The position numbers were made by a program, and so were the translations under genes. 64,000 nucleotides of DNA from contig OX597821.1 of the NCBI GenBank assembly GCA_951406725.2, positions 107,012,001 to 107,076,000 of the forward strand. Reading direction: 5' to 3'. Positions 13,661 to 26,926 of this stretch are shown here, in pieces. The DNA comes from Octopus vulgaris (taxonomy: Eukaryota). Every line of letters starts with the position of its first letter. The first letter of the stretch is position 1. The notes under the pieces are model-generated. The model was given only the letters and a program-made list of their open reading frames with translations. It searched no databases and had not been told where the DNA came from.

Positions 13661-13835
13661 CATATATGTTTCTGTGTCTATGTGTATTTATGCATTTAAG
13701 GATATAAAGGATATATATGCTGGTATATATGAGTCTATGTAGATAAATATGTGTTTACGTGAGTACGCATGCATGCATTCATCGTTGTATGTATACGAGA
13801 GGATATCCAAAAGAAACCGGAATTTTGCAATATTC

Positions 13836-14040
13836 GGCGAGCTGGCAGAAACGTTAGCACATGGGGTTAAGTGCCTAGTGGTATTTGGTCTGTCTTCATG
13901 TTTTGAGTTCAAATTCCCCCGAGGTCGACTTTGCCTTTCATCCTTTCGATGTCGATAAATTAAGTACCAGTCACGTAATGGGGTTGATCTAATCAACTGG
14001 CCCCAAAATTTCGGGACTTGTGCCTAGAGTAGAAAAGAAT
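13836..14040 (+). mobile_element. tRNA-derived SINE (family A, MetaSINE-like central domain, tail type 2)
   Basis: GGCGAGCTGGCAGAAACGTTAGC...GAGTTCAAATTCC...GCCTTTCATCCTTTCG..GTCGATAAATTAAGTACCAG; tail CTTGTGCCTAGAGTAGAAAAG. Confidence 0.8.
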
Positions 14041-14061
14041 TTTATCTTATTCACTTAGTTT

Positions 14062-14877
14062 TACATGTTTACACTTTTATCGCCTTCAACGTATTCTCCA
14101 TTTGAAACAACACTTCGGTCCAAGCGTGTTTTCCACTAATCGAAGCTGTGCTGAAACTCTTGCGAAGTGATTCCTTTTAATACCTCTTTCGTTTTTCGCT
14201 TCACCCCTTCCACGTTTGCAAATTCTCTGGCACCAGCTTTCATCACTAGCGGTGACCTTCGAGAAAAGATCCGAATCAACTTTCAATTACTATATCAGCC
14301 GTGAATATTTTTTATCTTCCGTGAGCAAGCGAGGCACACATTTTGTAGCAACTGTTTTCATTTGCAATACCTCGCTCAAAATTCGTTCGTGGGAGCTCCT
14401 GGACACACGAGTCATATCAACAAGTTCGTCAATTCTCCACTGATGTTCTTCCAAGATCAGTTCGGGAATTTTCCTGATGTTTTCATTCGTTCGGGAGGTC
14501 GACGGTCGTCCTGAACGATGTTGGTCTTCAAGTGGCAAATATCCATTACTAAAACGTGGAAGCCACTGGAAAACTTATGTTTTGCTTATAGCAAAGTATT
14601 TGTAAGTTGTTTGAAACACGACAACTGTTTCGGCCGCCGTTTTGACCACCGGAAATTAGAATTTCACGGAAGCAAGCTGTTCCTTCTTTTCAGCCATTGC
14701 AAAAATCCACGAGCAAGGGAGAAGCCCTACAAAGCAAAGACGCTCCACGTGGCAGAACGAGGTTACCGAGTGACGCTGCTCGGCAGACTGATGCCTGAGA
14801 GTCGCATCAAGTGGATGAACTACAACGGATTTATCCCACAGAGAATGTTTCTGGTTAATTTTGGTACCCACATGTAC
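14062..14877 (-). mobile_element. Mariner transposon remnant (internally deleted)
   Basis: LEDQHRSGRPSTS...KCVPRLLTEDKK and FSKVTASDESWC motifs; ends approximate. Confidence 0.8.
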
Positions 14878-14879
14878 AG

Positions 14880-15330
14880 ATTTCTCGCGAAAGATCTATT
14901 TCAAATTTATAGCAATTCATCAGTATTTTAAAGTATCGAATTTATGCGACATTAAGAATTTCCTCTATCTAATTACAAACGGAACGATATTCAATCTAAC
15001 GAAAAAATGAATTATTTAATCTTATACCATATATTTATACAATACATTTAACAATACGATTTTCGATTTTACCCCAGGAAAATTGTTTCACATTTCTTTC
15101 GGTTTTCAAATTAAAGAATTGTTTTCGGTTGTAGTGCTTCGGTTTCGTTCGGCAGTGAAGATTAACTTGTACATGAATTATATTATAGTAATCAGTATTT
15201 TTAGAAGTGGAGAGCGAGGTAAAAACATTTGACTGTAAAGAGGTTACTTCATCGATAAAAGTCATCGCTTGATAATCTATTATTTCAACACATTTTGCCG
15301 GAAAGTTTATTCAGAATGTCAGAAGGATAA
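14880..15330. other. Far-upstream conserved block of the receptor repeat unit
   Basis: Homologous to 28050-28200 plus 29175-29510 and to 37070-37500 (tttatgcgac, aatacgattt...aggaaaattgtttca, aacttgta). Indels are not multiples of 3, so non-coding. Confidence 0.65.
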
Positions 15331-15829
15331 CTAGTTACCCAAACAATTATTGCCCAGTAGGGTAACTGTTCTAACAGTCTTTCTGTCTAAAATGGTTTGG
15401 AAATTTCAATACAATATTTTCAATGTCAAAAAGAAATTGATTTTCGTTATTTTTCGATATCAGACTGACTCGTAATTGTTCGGTAAGGGAAATTATTATA
15501 CCCAAAAGACGAAAACAACCGTTTTTTTTTACAGACTATATACGAGATGAAATACAAACAGGGATGACAAAAGTAAGGACAGTTTTGATACATATGGACA
15601 AAGAAATGAGAAGGGACATCAGCAGTTTGTGACTTATTATTTGCTAACTGTAACTCTGGAAATTATTATCCACTAGCTTCGAAGCATAAGAAGTAAATGA
15701 TCTTCTGGAAAAGAACATATTGCCTGTGGATCAAAACGGATGTAGGGAGAAATCGAGCTAAAGAACTGGCATTAGAAGAACAAGAAAGTAGCTGAGAAAA
15801 GACGGTGAACTCCACCTTAAATGTAATAC

Positions 15830-16060
15830 CTATTTCTTTACTACCCACAAGGGGCTAAACACAGAAGGGACAAACAAGGACAGACAAAGGGATAAAGTCG
15901 ATTATATCGACCCCAATGCGTAACTGGTACTTAATTTATCGACCCCGAAAAGATGAAAGGCAAAGTCGACCTTGGCGGAATTTGAACTCAGAACGTAGCG
16001 GCAGACGAAATACGGCTCCGCGTTTCGCCCGGCGTGCTAACGTTTCTGCCAGCTCACCTT
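15830..16060 (-). mobile_element. SINE family A, tail type 1
   Basis: Reverse complement of the 25334-25565 type; flanked by direct repeat ctc(c)accttaaatgtaatacc (~15811-15830 / ~16053-16072). Confidence 0.85.
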
Positions 16061-16329
16061 AAATGTAATACCGACTGGTTCTATCTACTAAGAAAGTAAG
16101 GTAGTAGGGGACTATTAAACACAAATGAAACTGCTAATACTGCGAAACTGAGTCTGGGACATTTTGTTGCGAAGAGTAAAAAAAATGTTCTTGCGACAGC
16201 CAGTGATACCCAAAACGTGACTGAAACAGTCGGAGAATCCACAAAAAAAAAGAAAAAAAAACGGAAGAGCAGAAGAGGAAAATGAAAAGATGAAAAGAAA
16301 TGGAACTCAGTGGTCAATACATGCGACAA

Positions 16330-17400
16330 AAAAAGAATCTTGGAAGTAGAGAAAACTGACTCTGATTGATTGAAGGAAAATTGAAACGAGAGAACAAAAC
16401 GCTAATTGTCGATGCTCGGGAACACGCCTTTGAATAAATCTGATAAAGGCAAGGATCGACAATACTCTGATAGACAGCAGATGTTACTACTGCAGGATAA
16501 GGGACGAAAGTATTTATCACATTTTGAGTGATAGCAACATATTTATACAAATAAAATATAAAATATGTGTTGGTGAAGTAGGCTGATGAATTACGATCAC
16601 GAATAGCCAACGAGAGAAGAAACCCTACTCTGCGTGGAATTACATGGTCAATTCCACCGTCAAATTAACTAATTAAAAGACTAGGAAGCATCCTGTAGGA
16701 GGCTTAGCAAGGGTGGCCTAAAACAGAAGACTAAAAGCCTAATCATCGCTGCCCAGGACTAGGCATCGGATACCATCTCCATGGAAAGTAATATATACCA
16801 CACAAGTGCAGAATGTGTGGGAAGAAAGTCGAAAGCGTGACTCACACTTATGAAAATCTTGCACAGAAAGGGTACAAACGACAGACATGGTAACCCAAAT
16901 CCTTCACTGGGTACTATGGCGGAAGTATGGATAGGAGGTAACGGGTTCTAGGTACCATCATACACCGGAAAGTATAATGGACGAAAAGAGGAAGGCAAAA
17001 ATCCTCTGGGACTTTGACTTCCAGACAGACAATATATTAAAGCAACGAAGGCCGGATATAGTAACATTTAAGAGGTACAAACAAGAATACCTGATAATCG
17101 AGAGCCAGGTAGTTAACATATTATCATGTAAGAAAGAGAGAAGATTGATAAATATGGAGACCAGAGAATTGAGATCGCCACAATATGGCTACGGGAGTCA
17201 AAGTTTGTCCGTATTATCATTGAAATACGTTATTGTCATTGGAATGTAAGTGTATTGCAAAAGTCGGCATTACTTGGACCTGCACGTATATTGCGTAAAT
17301 TACTGTCTGTCTGAGGTTCTTGTGATTTGACACACTACAAAACCCCTGGTAAACAGAATATGTCCAATAAACAGCATCACAATACTGGATACTGGATACT
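16330..17400 (+). mobile_element. Decayed R4/Dong-like (restriction-like endonuclease) non-LTR retrotransposon
   Basis: LIIAAQD, CRMCG zinc knuckle, KILWDFDFQTDNILKQRRPDIV, LQKSALLGPARILRK; many stops. Confidence 0.75.
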
Positions 17401-17541
17401 TAAATATTAAAAACATGAAGAAGAAGGAAGGGAAAGAAGACAAAGAAATAGAAGAAGAAGAAGAAAAGAAGAAGAAGAAGAAGAGGAAGGAGAAGAAGAA
17501 GAAAAAGAAGATGAAGATGAGGAAAGAAGAAGAAAGGACAT

Positions 17542-17576
<35 letters not shown>

Positions 17577-17583
17577 TGTTGTT

Positions 17584-17641
<58 letters not shown>

Positions 17642-18466
17642 GATAGAGAATAAAGAGTTTAAAAATTCAGGATCATAAGAAAAGTGTTCATAGAATAAAA
17701 ACATTGTTATACAAAATCCGTTTAGAAGAAAAAAAAATGGAAAACCAAAAAAAAAAAAAACAAGTGAAATGCGAACGCACGAACCGTTGCCATCAACTAG
17801 CAAGGAATGGGTTGTACGAAAGAAGGAAGGAAATGAAAGAGACAGTGAAGTAGAGATGGAGATGTTTATGACGGACCAAGAGAGTGGTGAAGGATATCAG
17901 AGAACGATACCTACAGGGAGAAACTTAAGAAGCCCCATTGTAAATGAAAAAAGTGTCGAAATTGAAAAGAGAGTATGAAAACGGGAAAATGTTATCATAG
18001 GCGCAGGAGTGACTGTGTGGTAAGTAGCTTGCTAACCTCACTGACTGAAGAGTGACTTTGCTTACCTTACTACGGTTTGGACGCGTTTTCTTCCCGGTAA
18101 GAGTTTTGTTGTGTTGTTAATATTACTTCGTACCATCTGGAACTTGTTGAAGTTTATTACTGAAAATTTGTTTTTGAACGTTGTTGAACTGTCTTGTTCC
18201 CCGGTTTTACCGGGGAATAATTGGATAATTTGTTACTGTTGAACTGTTAGCCATTGTGGCTTTTTTATCTACATGACTGTATATAGTCGAGCCAGACTAT
18301 CTTCGTGCCCCTCCCCCGAATGGGGGTGGGAATTAAACCTAATTTTTGAACTGCTTTTTACCACTCATTGAACTGCTTGGAAGAAAAACTTTTTTAGGTT
18401 TCCCAGTTTTGTGGGAAACCAACATTTGTATTTTTTGTGTTGTCTATTACTAATTTCAACAGAATA

Positions 18467-19872
18467 ATGTCTGTTGAGATTATTCACGAAAACATTGCTC
18501 TAGAGGAGAGCAATGTTGATAACTGTAGTAAAAGATTTTCGGCGGTAGCCGCAGTGGCAACCGAGAACATTGACATCAATGTCAATCAGCTCGTCGAGCT
18601 ATTCAAAAGAATGAAAGAGGAAGGTGGTGATGTTAAAATATCACCCTCCGCCAGTATCGTGGAGACCGAGAAGCGGACCGTAGTGTTTAAAACCTTCTGT
18701 CCACAAAGCAGAAGGTTCAAACACTTTGAAAAGAATACTATCGAGAAATGCCTGTCCCCGATTTGGAAGGACATTGTGTACATCGCCAGCGGACGGGCAT
18801 ATGGCACTGTGGAGGTCCACTTCTCGGGGGAAGAGGTGGCCCGCGGGTATTCTGTGAATCCCCTAAAAACCAATGAGGTGGTACTTCTGCCAACCTATAG
18901 GGGACGCAGGACGTCCCGGGTCAGGATTGCAGAAGCACCGCCGGAAGTAGATCCCGTAGATGTAGTGGCCGCTCTGTTATATAAAAGGACGGACAAAATT
19001 AAAATATTACAGGTAACATGCTCTGCCCCTCAATATTGGCTTGGGCGAGACATTAATGTAATAATTCAAGGAACACAGGATGACCTGCAGGTCCTTCGTG
19101 AGAGGGTGCTCGTGGGCGAGAATGTGGCCCTCAGGGTACAGGTCGAAGGCCGAAAACCCACCTGTTACGCCTGCGGCAAAAAGGGTCACATTCGTGTAGA
19201 CTGTCCAGACAAGCAAAAGAAACCGCAGACACCAGGCCCCTCAGATAATAAAAAAATCGCTACCCTTGCAAACTCACCTACCCCTACAAAAACAAAAAGT
19301 CCCACTCCTGCTGTTACGGTGCCAACCCCAAAACAAACTGACAAAAAACCCAGCCCTTGCACTCACAAACCCCTACATTATTAAAACCTCCCACCCCGTT
19401 AAAAACTGCGGCGCCTACTGAACAAAATATTGCTACCCCAGACGATACCATGGAGGTATCAGTGGGGGTATTTACAACAGTTCGTAAAATAATTCGTGCA
19501 TCATCCCCGTCCACATCCCCTATGAAAAATAATAAAAACAAAGACACACAACCGACACCAAAAAAAATCCCGCCCAACTGGCCCAGAAAAGGAATACAAA
19601 AAAATGAACTCATATTAATTGAATATGATACACAAAACAAATATATAAACGATATTGTGGTTCCGCATCACACAGCAAGACTACAACAAACACAAAGATT
19701 GAAACGAAAGATGTGCGTGGATTGCGGAAACAACGTTCAAACGATTAAAAGACAGACACCCACAGGCCATCCGGCGTATCGCAAACTTGCCGGACTATCT
19801 GAAGAAGGAGGAGAAAGAAGGGGCCCACAAATGTGTGGTGAGGTCGGCCCTAACCTCTCCAACGAAACGTAA
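18467..19872 (+). pseudogene. Tx1-like ORF1 (gag-like, CYACGKKGHIRVDC zinc knuckle), frameshift near 19360
   Basis: ORFs 18437..19384 and 19357..19872 overlap across a Pro/Thr-rich region. Confidence 0.8.
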
Positions 19873-19893
19873 GTAGAACTTTTACTTTTTGTA

Positions 19894-22800
19894 ATGGCTT
19901 CTCTTAACCTTGGTTATTTAAATGTGCGTGGTTTGAGTTCGAAGTGGAAGCAGGCTTGTTTCCTCGACGACCTCAGATCACATGATATACATGTGATGGT
20001 TGCTACAGAAACCAAGCTGGACAGCCTACAAACCTTCTCATCTCTCCTGAATGGCTACGAGAAAATCATGTCTCCTGGCCAGACCGGAGGGCGATGGGGT
20101 GTAGTGGTACTGATCCGTAAAGACTTGGCTCTGCAGACAAGTACAGTCTATGTGGACCCAGAAGGTGGGCTGGTCGTCCTTGATGTGACATACAGCAGTA
20201 AGGCCTTCAGGTTGATCAGACTCTATGCACCTTGTGCTAGAGGTTTCCAAACTGATTTTTATCGGCGCCTAGAGGGTTTTCTCGTGACGTCGAAGAGTTT
20301 AGTGGTATTAGGGGACTTTAATGCTATCGTTGACGTACACATCGATAGCGTTGGCTCGATCTATAGGAAAGTGAACTCACGTCTCGTGGATCTGCTTAAG
20401 CGGTTTCAGCTGGCAGATCGTTACAGACTTGACCATCCGAACGTCCCAGAGTGGACTTGGATGAGTGGCGACGGAAAGTTCAAGTCTTATCTAGACAGGA
20501 TAGTGATAAGAACTAGAGATAAGTCTAGTTTTAGTTGTCCACAGCTCGTCCAGGTGCCCTATACTGACCATAGAATGGTCAAGTGTAGACTGGACATAGA
20601 TAGCACACTTAAGATAGGAACCGGCTACTGGAAGCTGAACAAGTCTATTTTGACTCACGAGACATACCGTAGCCGGATTAAGGAGTTAGTGCAGAGGGCG
20701 TTAACCGGAGCCGTGGTTAATAACCGGTGGTGGTTTGCCCTCAAAACAGCCATTCGATTCGAGTCCATTACATTTAGTAAACAACTAAGACTAGATAGGG
20801 CTAGAATAGAAGGGCAACTAGTTATGAACTGTGAGGAGGCGTTGAGGTTGGGCTCTGCATCTCACATTTTAGCAGCGAGAACGGCATTAGACCGTCACCT
20901 CAAAACCAAACAAGAGGGATGTAGAGTTCGGGCTAAAGTACGAGCATTGGGCCGTGAGGGAATTAATGTTGCCGGATGGGCCCGTACAATAGAAACACAG
21001 CGTGGCAACGATGCCACAATTGGGTCTTTTGTTGATGAAAACGGATGCACGGTCAAGAAGCGAGACGAGACGTGTGAGGCACTTCACAAGCACTTCGCCG
21101 AGTTGTTCGGGGGGGGGACGCTGGATCATGGTGAGGCCCTTAGGGACTTCCTGTCTGGTGGCCCGCGTCTCTCGACACGAGAGGCTGAGTTCTGTGAAGG
21201 GCCAATCACAGCCGAGGAAGTAATCGAGGTGTTGGACAAGTGCCCCGGGGAGAAGTCGCCGGGTCTCGATGGTCTGCCCTATGAATTTTATAAAAGTTTG
21301 CCAGACTTGTTCGGGCACCTGCTGGCTAGCGTCTACGCCAACTGACAGCAGAATGGGAGAATTCCCAAGTCTGCGAGCCGAGGGGTGGTGACGTTGTTCA
21401 GGAAGGACCCGTGCAAGGGGGACGAGATAGGGAACTTCAGGACCATAACTCTGTTGAACACAGAGTTAAAGATTCTGGCTAAGGTGCTAGCAAAAAGGTT
21501 GGACAAACTTGTCGGGGAAGCGCAAACGTGCGCTATCCTTGGCAGAACGATCCACGACAATCTCCACCTTATACGCTACTCGTTAGAGAGAGTGGGGAAG
21601 CTTTCTGGCGCAGGGGGAGCACTGGTACATTTAGACCAGTCCAAAGCATTTGATAGGGTCGACCATCGGTACTTGGCGGCGGTCCTCGGAGAGGCTGGCC
21701 TAGGCCCGACCTTTCGAGGATGGATCGCTGCTCTGTATAGCGACATCGAGTCTGTAGTCAAGGTGAACGGTTTCTTTTCGAAGCCGTTCAGGATCGAGCG
21801 TTCAGTTCGTCAGGTGTGTCCTCTGTCCTCGCTCCTATACGTATTGGCTCTTGAGCCTTTGCTGCGGAAGTTGGAGGCACTAGGGGGCGCGCCGCATGAT
21901 CTATGGTGTGGAAGAGGAGCTACGGCGTATGCGGATGACACCTCCATAATCGTGGCAGACGAAGGCCAGCTTCCAGTGGTGGAAGAGGCCATCAAAAGCT
22001 ACGAGGCGGTGGCAGGAGCAAAGGTTAACAAGGACAAGTCGGTCGGTTTGCAACTCGGCACTTGGAGGTGCAAGCCGATGCCGTCCAATAACATCGTGTG
22101 GCGTTGGACGGAAGGTCCTGTTAAGCTGCTCGGCGTCTGGATTGGCCCAGACCTCCAGATAGAGAAAAATTGGAGTGAGGTGGCCAGCAAGGTGACCGCT
22201 CTAACCCAGATCTGGTCTGGGCGGCGTTATCCCTGCTAGGGAAGGCGGAGGTGGTGCAGATGTTTATAGCATCAGTAATCACCTACCGTCTGACCGTGGT
22301 GCCTTGCCCCGATTTGTGGCTGAACAAGTTGGAGAGAATCCTTTGCCGCTTTTTGTGGAAAGGAGGAAAGCCACTAGTAAAGCGCTCTGTCTGCTGCCAG
22401 AAACCGCTAAAGGGTGGGCTAGGGATGCCTTTGCTGAGGATGCGAAAATTCGCGTTAAGGTTGAGGCACCTCTGGCTTTACCTGGATGGAGAGCAGGTGT
22501 GGTCACCGCACGTCCGGTTCTACCTTCCCCAGTTAACATCCCTAACGGACATCGGTGCATGGATCAAGCGGAGACCTAAACTGGGTGAATGGCATTTGGA
22601 GTGCCATCAGGCGCTCCAGCTACTTTCTCGGGCGGGCAACGCCGGCAACAGGAGTTCCACCACGGATTTCTATAGTGGGTTAGTGGAACCTATGTCAGAA
22701 GACGCCTTGGGGGAGACCCTGGGCTGCGATGAAAATCAGTTGGTCAACTTGTTCCGGAGGACGTTCGGGCCGGGGTATCTGGATAATTACCAGAAATCCC

Positions 22801-23260
22801 TGGCCTGGCAGTGTTTCCGTGCGGCTTTACCTGTTCGCGACAAGCTGTCAAGGCACGGAAGTGCCGTCTCACCGACATGCCCGCGATGTGAGTGGGATAG
22901 GGAAACCGTCTTGCACGCATTCGTGGAGTGTCCGGAGTTATCGGGACTGATAGCTGTTGCCGAACAACTGTTGTCAGTGATGGGAAGAGTACAGCTATCA
23001 GCTGAGTCTATCATCGAGATTGTGCCGCCACCTTTCCTTAACAGGGAAAGAAAGGCTTGTTTTTTCTGTGTAGTAGCCATACTGAAAGAAACAGTATGGA
23101 AGACGTGTACGAAAGGTATAGTGACAGGCACCTTTGTCTCCGGCCAGGGGTTGATTAACTTTTTTAGTTACCACTTCAGTAGCAAAATCAGGCTGTAGAA
23201 GAGGTGTCTGTCACGAGATATGTTTGTGAAAAGATGGAAGCCTGTGGCATGCAAGCTGGG
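19894..23260 (+). pseudogene. Tx1-like ORF2 (APE endonuclease + reverse transcriptase)
   Basis: LNVRG, GDFN, YLDR, TDH, SPGLDG, DQSKAFDRV, AYADD, CPRC..HAFVEC; TGA at 21343, frameshift ~22235, TAG at 23196. Confidence 0.92.
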
Positions 23261-23345
23261 TATGTTTGGCACCAGGTAAGTGTGACCGGATCAAAAAGTA
23301 AACGTTCTACCTGGATGGCTGGGTGTCTGTCCTTCGACATGATCA

Positions 23346-23729
23346 TCTCTCTCTATATAAACAGCAGTTTGTCTGTGTGGGTTTCTGTGTGTCTGTTTGG
23401 TTGTACCCTCACCCTGACCACGGCTTTCAACCGATTCTGATGAAACTTGACACACACATAGCCCAATGTCATAATTCAAAACTAACGCACCGAAAATTTT
23501 GAAAAGTTCCCCCAGTTCTGAAAAATTCGATAAATTCGACATGGGGTCGAGAATCAGAAACACAACACAAACCACAGACTGTCTAGGGGACGCAACTCGA
23601 CTTTTAACTCTCAAAAAAATTTACCATCATTTTTTTCCATTTTTTTGCTATTTTTTGGCAATAACTCTCTAAAAATGCTTTATAGTTATTTCCCTTACAA
23701 ACCTGAGCAACGCCGGGCGATACTGCTAG
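23346..23729 (+). mobile_element. Helitron-like element nested in the LINE 3' UTR
   Basis: A|TCTCTCTCTATATAAAC start; CCTGAGCAACGCCGGGCGATACTGCTAG end. Confidence 0.75.
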
Positions 23730-23895
23730 CTAAGTAATATTTTTAAACATTGTCTTCGTAAAATTTATTGTTTATAATCTTATCCGTAATTTCATTCGAA
23801 AATTTTAACTGTGTTAAGCTACTTCACCCTTTATATTTGTCTGTCCTTGTCTGTCCCCTCTTTGTAAATGCCTAAATGGCAAATTATATGAAATA

Positions 23896-24054
23896 AAGTA
23901 GTTTGCTTACGAACCACATGGTCCCGGGTTCATTTCCACTTGCGTGGCACCTTGGGCAAGTGTCTTCTAATATAGCATCGGGCCAAATAAAGCCTTGTGA
24001 GTGGATTTGGTAGACGGAAACTGTAAAGAAGCCCGTCGTATATATGTACGTGTG

Positions 24055-24130
<76 letters not shown>

Positions 24131-24340
24131 TTTGTGTTTCTGTATTTGTTCCCCCAACATCACTTGACAACCGACGCTGGTGTGTTTACGTCCCCGTAAC
24201 TTAGCGGTTCAACAAAAGAGACCGATAGAATAAGTACTAGGCTTACAAAGAATAAGTCCTGGGATCGATTTGCTTGACTAAAGGCTGTGCTCCAGCTATG
24301 GTCGCTGTCAAATGACTGAAACAAGTAAAACAGTAAAAGA
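23896..24340 (+). mobile_element. SINE family B, 3' portion; 5' head at 17999-18036, split by the Tx1 LINE
   Basis: GGCGCAGGAGTGACTGTGTGGTAAGTAGCTTGC continues as ...GAACCACATGGTCCCGGGTTC, colinear with the uninterrupted copy at 61112. Confidence 0.85.
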
Positions 24341-24674
24341 GAGTGAAAATGACAAACCATGATGGTAAGAAGGGCGTGTTGTTGGAGAGAGAAAGAGGGG
24401 AGAGGTTAGTAGAACTATTTTGAAAGAAAGAAAGAGTTTGAAGTAATACCATTTCAGTATAGATACGACGAACTGCCGGCTGTTGTAATTTTTTACGATG
24501 TAATGCAGTATTTGTTGTAATTTTGTGTTAAAGAAAAGAGACAAGACTGCAAAGTAAAACTATAATTTAAAAGAAATAGTAAAACGAAGCTACTTGATTG
24601 AGCGGGGGAGGGGCAAGTAAGTCATTTCATCTTCATTTTCATCATATTCATAAATCATCCGATATATATACATA

Positions 24675-24945
24675 CTAGCAGTATCGCCCGGTGTTGCTAG
24701 GGTTCGTTTCGGCCCTTTAGAATTGGAATTTTTGAAAAGTAAAATTTTTTTATTATGTAGCTTGTTATTGTCTTTAAGTGAACATTTTTCTGGTTGAAAT
24801 ACACCGAAAAATGTCAACACAGCAGTCAAAAAACCGTAAAAAAAAGCACCTTTTTGATGTAAATAATTTTTGCTGTTAACATGGTCCGATTTGAATATTT
24901 TCTTCTACGGAAGTAAGAGCAAGCTTTCCTCTATCATATTTTCAT
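24675..24945 (-). mobile_element. 5'-truncated Helitron-like element (same subfamily as 127-520)
   Basis: Reverse complement aligns with 235-520. Confidence 0.75.
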
Positions 24946-25085
24946 GTGCCTAAATAAAGGATATCACATTGATAATTGTTAGTTGTTACTGACATTGCAT
25001 ACGTAAGAGTCGCTTTCGTTCCATGATGTCCTGATTACGAATTCATCATTGACATTGTCAAATTAACTGTATTTTGTGTGGCTAT

Positions 25086-25565
25086 GGCGGCGAGCTGGCA
25101 GAAACGTTAGCACACCGGACAAAACGCTAAGCGGTATCTTATCTGCCGTTACGTTCTGAGTTCAAATTACGCCGAGGTCGACTTTGCCTTTCATCGTTTC
25201 GGGGTCGATAAATTAAGTGCCAGTTACGCACTGGGGTCGATGTAATCCACTTAATCCGTTTGTCTGTCCTTTTTCGTCCCCTCTGTGTTTAGCCCCTTGT
25301 TGGTTGTAAAGAAAACTATATTTTGTGCGGATGGGGCGACGAGCTGGCAGACACGTTAGTGCGCCGAGCGAAATGCTTAGCAGTATTTTGTCTGTCGTTA
25401 CGTTCTGAGTTCAAATTCCGCCGAGGTCGACTTTGCCTTTCAGCCTTTCGGGGTCGATAAATAAAGTACCAGTTTCGCACTGGGGTCGAGGTAATCGACT
25501 TAATCCCTTTGTCGGTCCTTGTGTGTCCCCTGTGTGTGTAGCCCCTTGTGGGCAATAAAGAAATA
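25086..25565 (+). mobile_element. Two tandem SINE family A copies, tail type 1
   Basis: Copies at 25086-25315 and 25334-25565, each ending TTTGTC..TCCTT..GTCCCCT.TGTGT.TAGCCCCTTGT.GG..TAAAGAAA. Confidence 0.85.
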
Positions 25566-25975
25566 TATATTTTTTGTGGCTTCATCATGACACATCTTCC
25601 GACGAATTGTAGCTAAGTTTCAGATAAGAATATGAGACAGAGAGAGACTGAGAGACTGAATGAGTGATAAAAAGACCGTGGAGATATAAAACATAGACGG
25701 GTACAGCCAGATGAGTATTTCACTCTGTATTTCAGTCCTCTTTTAATAATGCAGCCTGGAAAGATACATCACAGGCAGGGTATTAATGGAAGAAGATATC
25801 TGATTACAGAAAGCCGAGGAAGATGACAATACATTCTATAATCCCATTAACGAATCTACTAATCCACCTTATTTTCTGATGCCGGAAATTCTAACAGAAG
25901 AAGCATTTGAATAACCAGTTGAGGGAATTATAACGAGTGTGTGTAAGAATGATATAAATATATTTTGTAACTTAC

Positions 25976-26926
25976 CGAATTATTTAGACGAACTCCAGTC
26001 CAAACCATTATCATCAAGTAAGTTAGGCCAAAAATTATTAGAAATGCAAAGTAAATGTATGTTAAGGATATATTTTGAAATGAGCCATTTATAGCTCCGT
26101 AAGTTGTTATACAACTTCCAATATTACTAGCGAATACGATAAAACCCGAAGGTATCTGAAATGATTCATTTGCTAATTTCAGTATTGTACTCAGAGTATC
26201 ATGAGTGTTACATATTTCTGTAATCTCTTTAGATTTCTTAAAGAAATATGAAGTGTTGAGTTGACTTTCTGTGTATATCCGAGCTTCATTCGCTATTTTG
26301 TTAAACTCATATATTAGTGTAATCCCCATTGTAAAGTTTATATAGCAATCAAATATCACGGACGCAATTGACATACTGTTAAATAAAGCATGTATTGTTA
26401 CAATTAGCCATTGAAACGAATTGCTGTGTGGAACTGGGTATGTTAAGAAACTCCGAACATCATTACTGATGTACACAAACGTGTAAAACAGAAAAAGGTA
26501 GCTAGTAATAAGCAAGAACAAAATTCCACAGAGTAATTTATAGGAATGAATTGATTTACAATTGTAGAAATGTTTATCATCTTCTTGAATTATAAGTTCG
26601 CCAAATGCTTCAATTACTTGTTCCTCTTTAAAGTTTCTGAAGATCTTTATCAGATTATACAGTGAAAGGAAGCACTGCAAAAATGTTGAATAACTATATA
26701 CAAATATTTGATCGTTTGTGTTACCTTCAAATAGTATGAAATGAAAAATATTGTGAATGGGAAAAGCAATCAAATGTATTAGATACAATGTAGAAATGGC
26801 ATCAAAACAGATTGAGCTTAATTTCAACGAATTCAAAGATGGAATATTCGCAATTGATAACCTGATATTATTAATCTTTCGGTATAATTCCATCATTTTA
26901 AAGAATTTTGTTTTTTTAAGTTGCAT
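25976..26926 (-). CDS. GRL-like coding exon V4, TM1-TM6, 317 codons
   Basis: ATG 26926 (MQLKKTKFFKMMELY, aligned with paralog starts); GVRLNNS then phase-0 donor TCG|GTAAGT at 25976/25975. Confidence 0.88.

Larger units (their letters stand above)
18037..23895 (+). mobile_element. Near full-length Tx1/L1-clade LINE, inactivated
   Basis: ORF1 with CCHC knuckle; ORF2 with APE, RT and C-terminal CCHC; 15-bp imperfect TSD at 18022-18036 / 23896-23910. Confidence 0.9.

Noticed and set aside
25086-25180. tRNA-like A/B-box sequences
   Set aside because: They are heads of multi-copy SINEs with attached bodies and tails; no intact cloverleaf tRNA gene supported.
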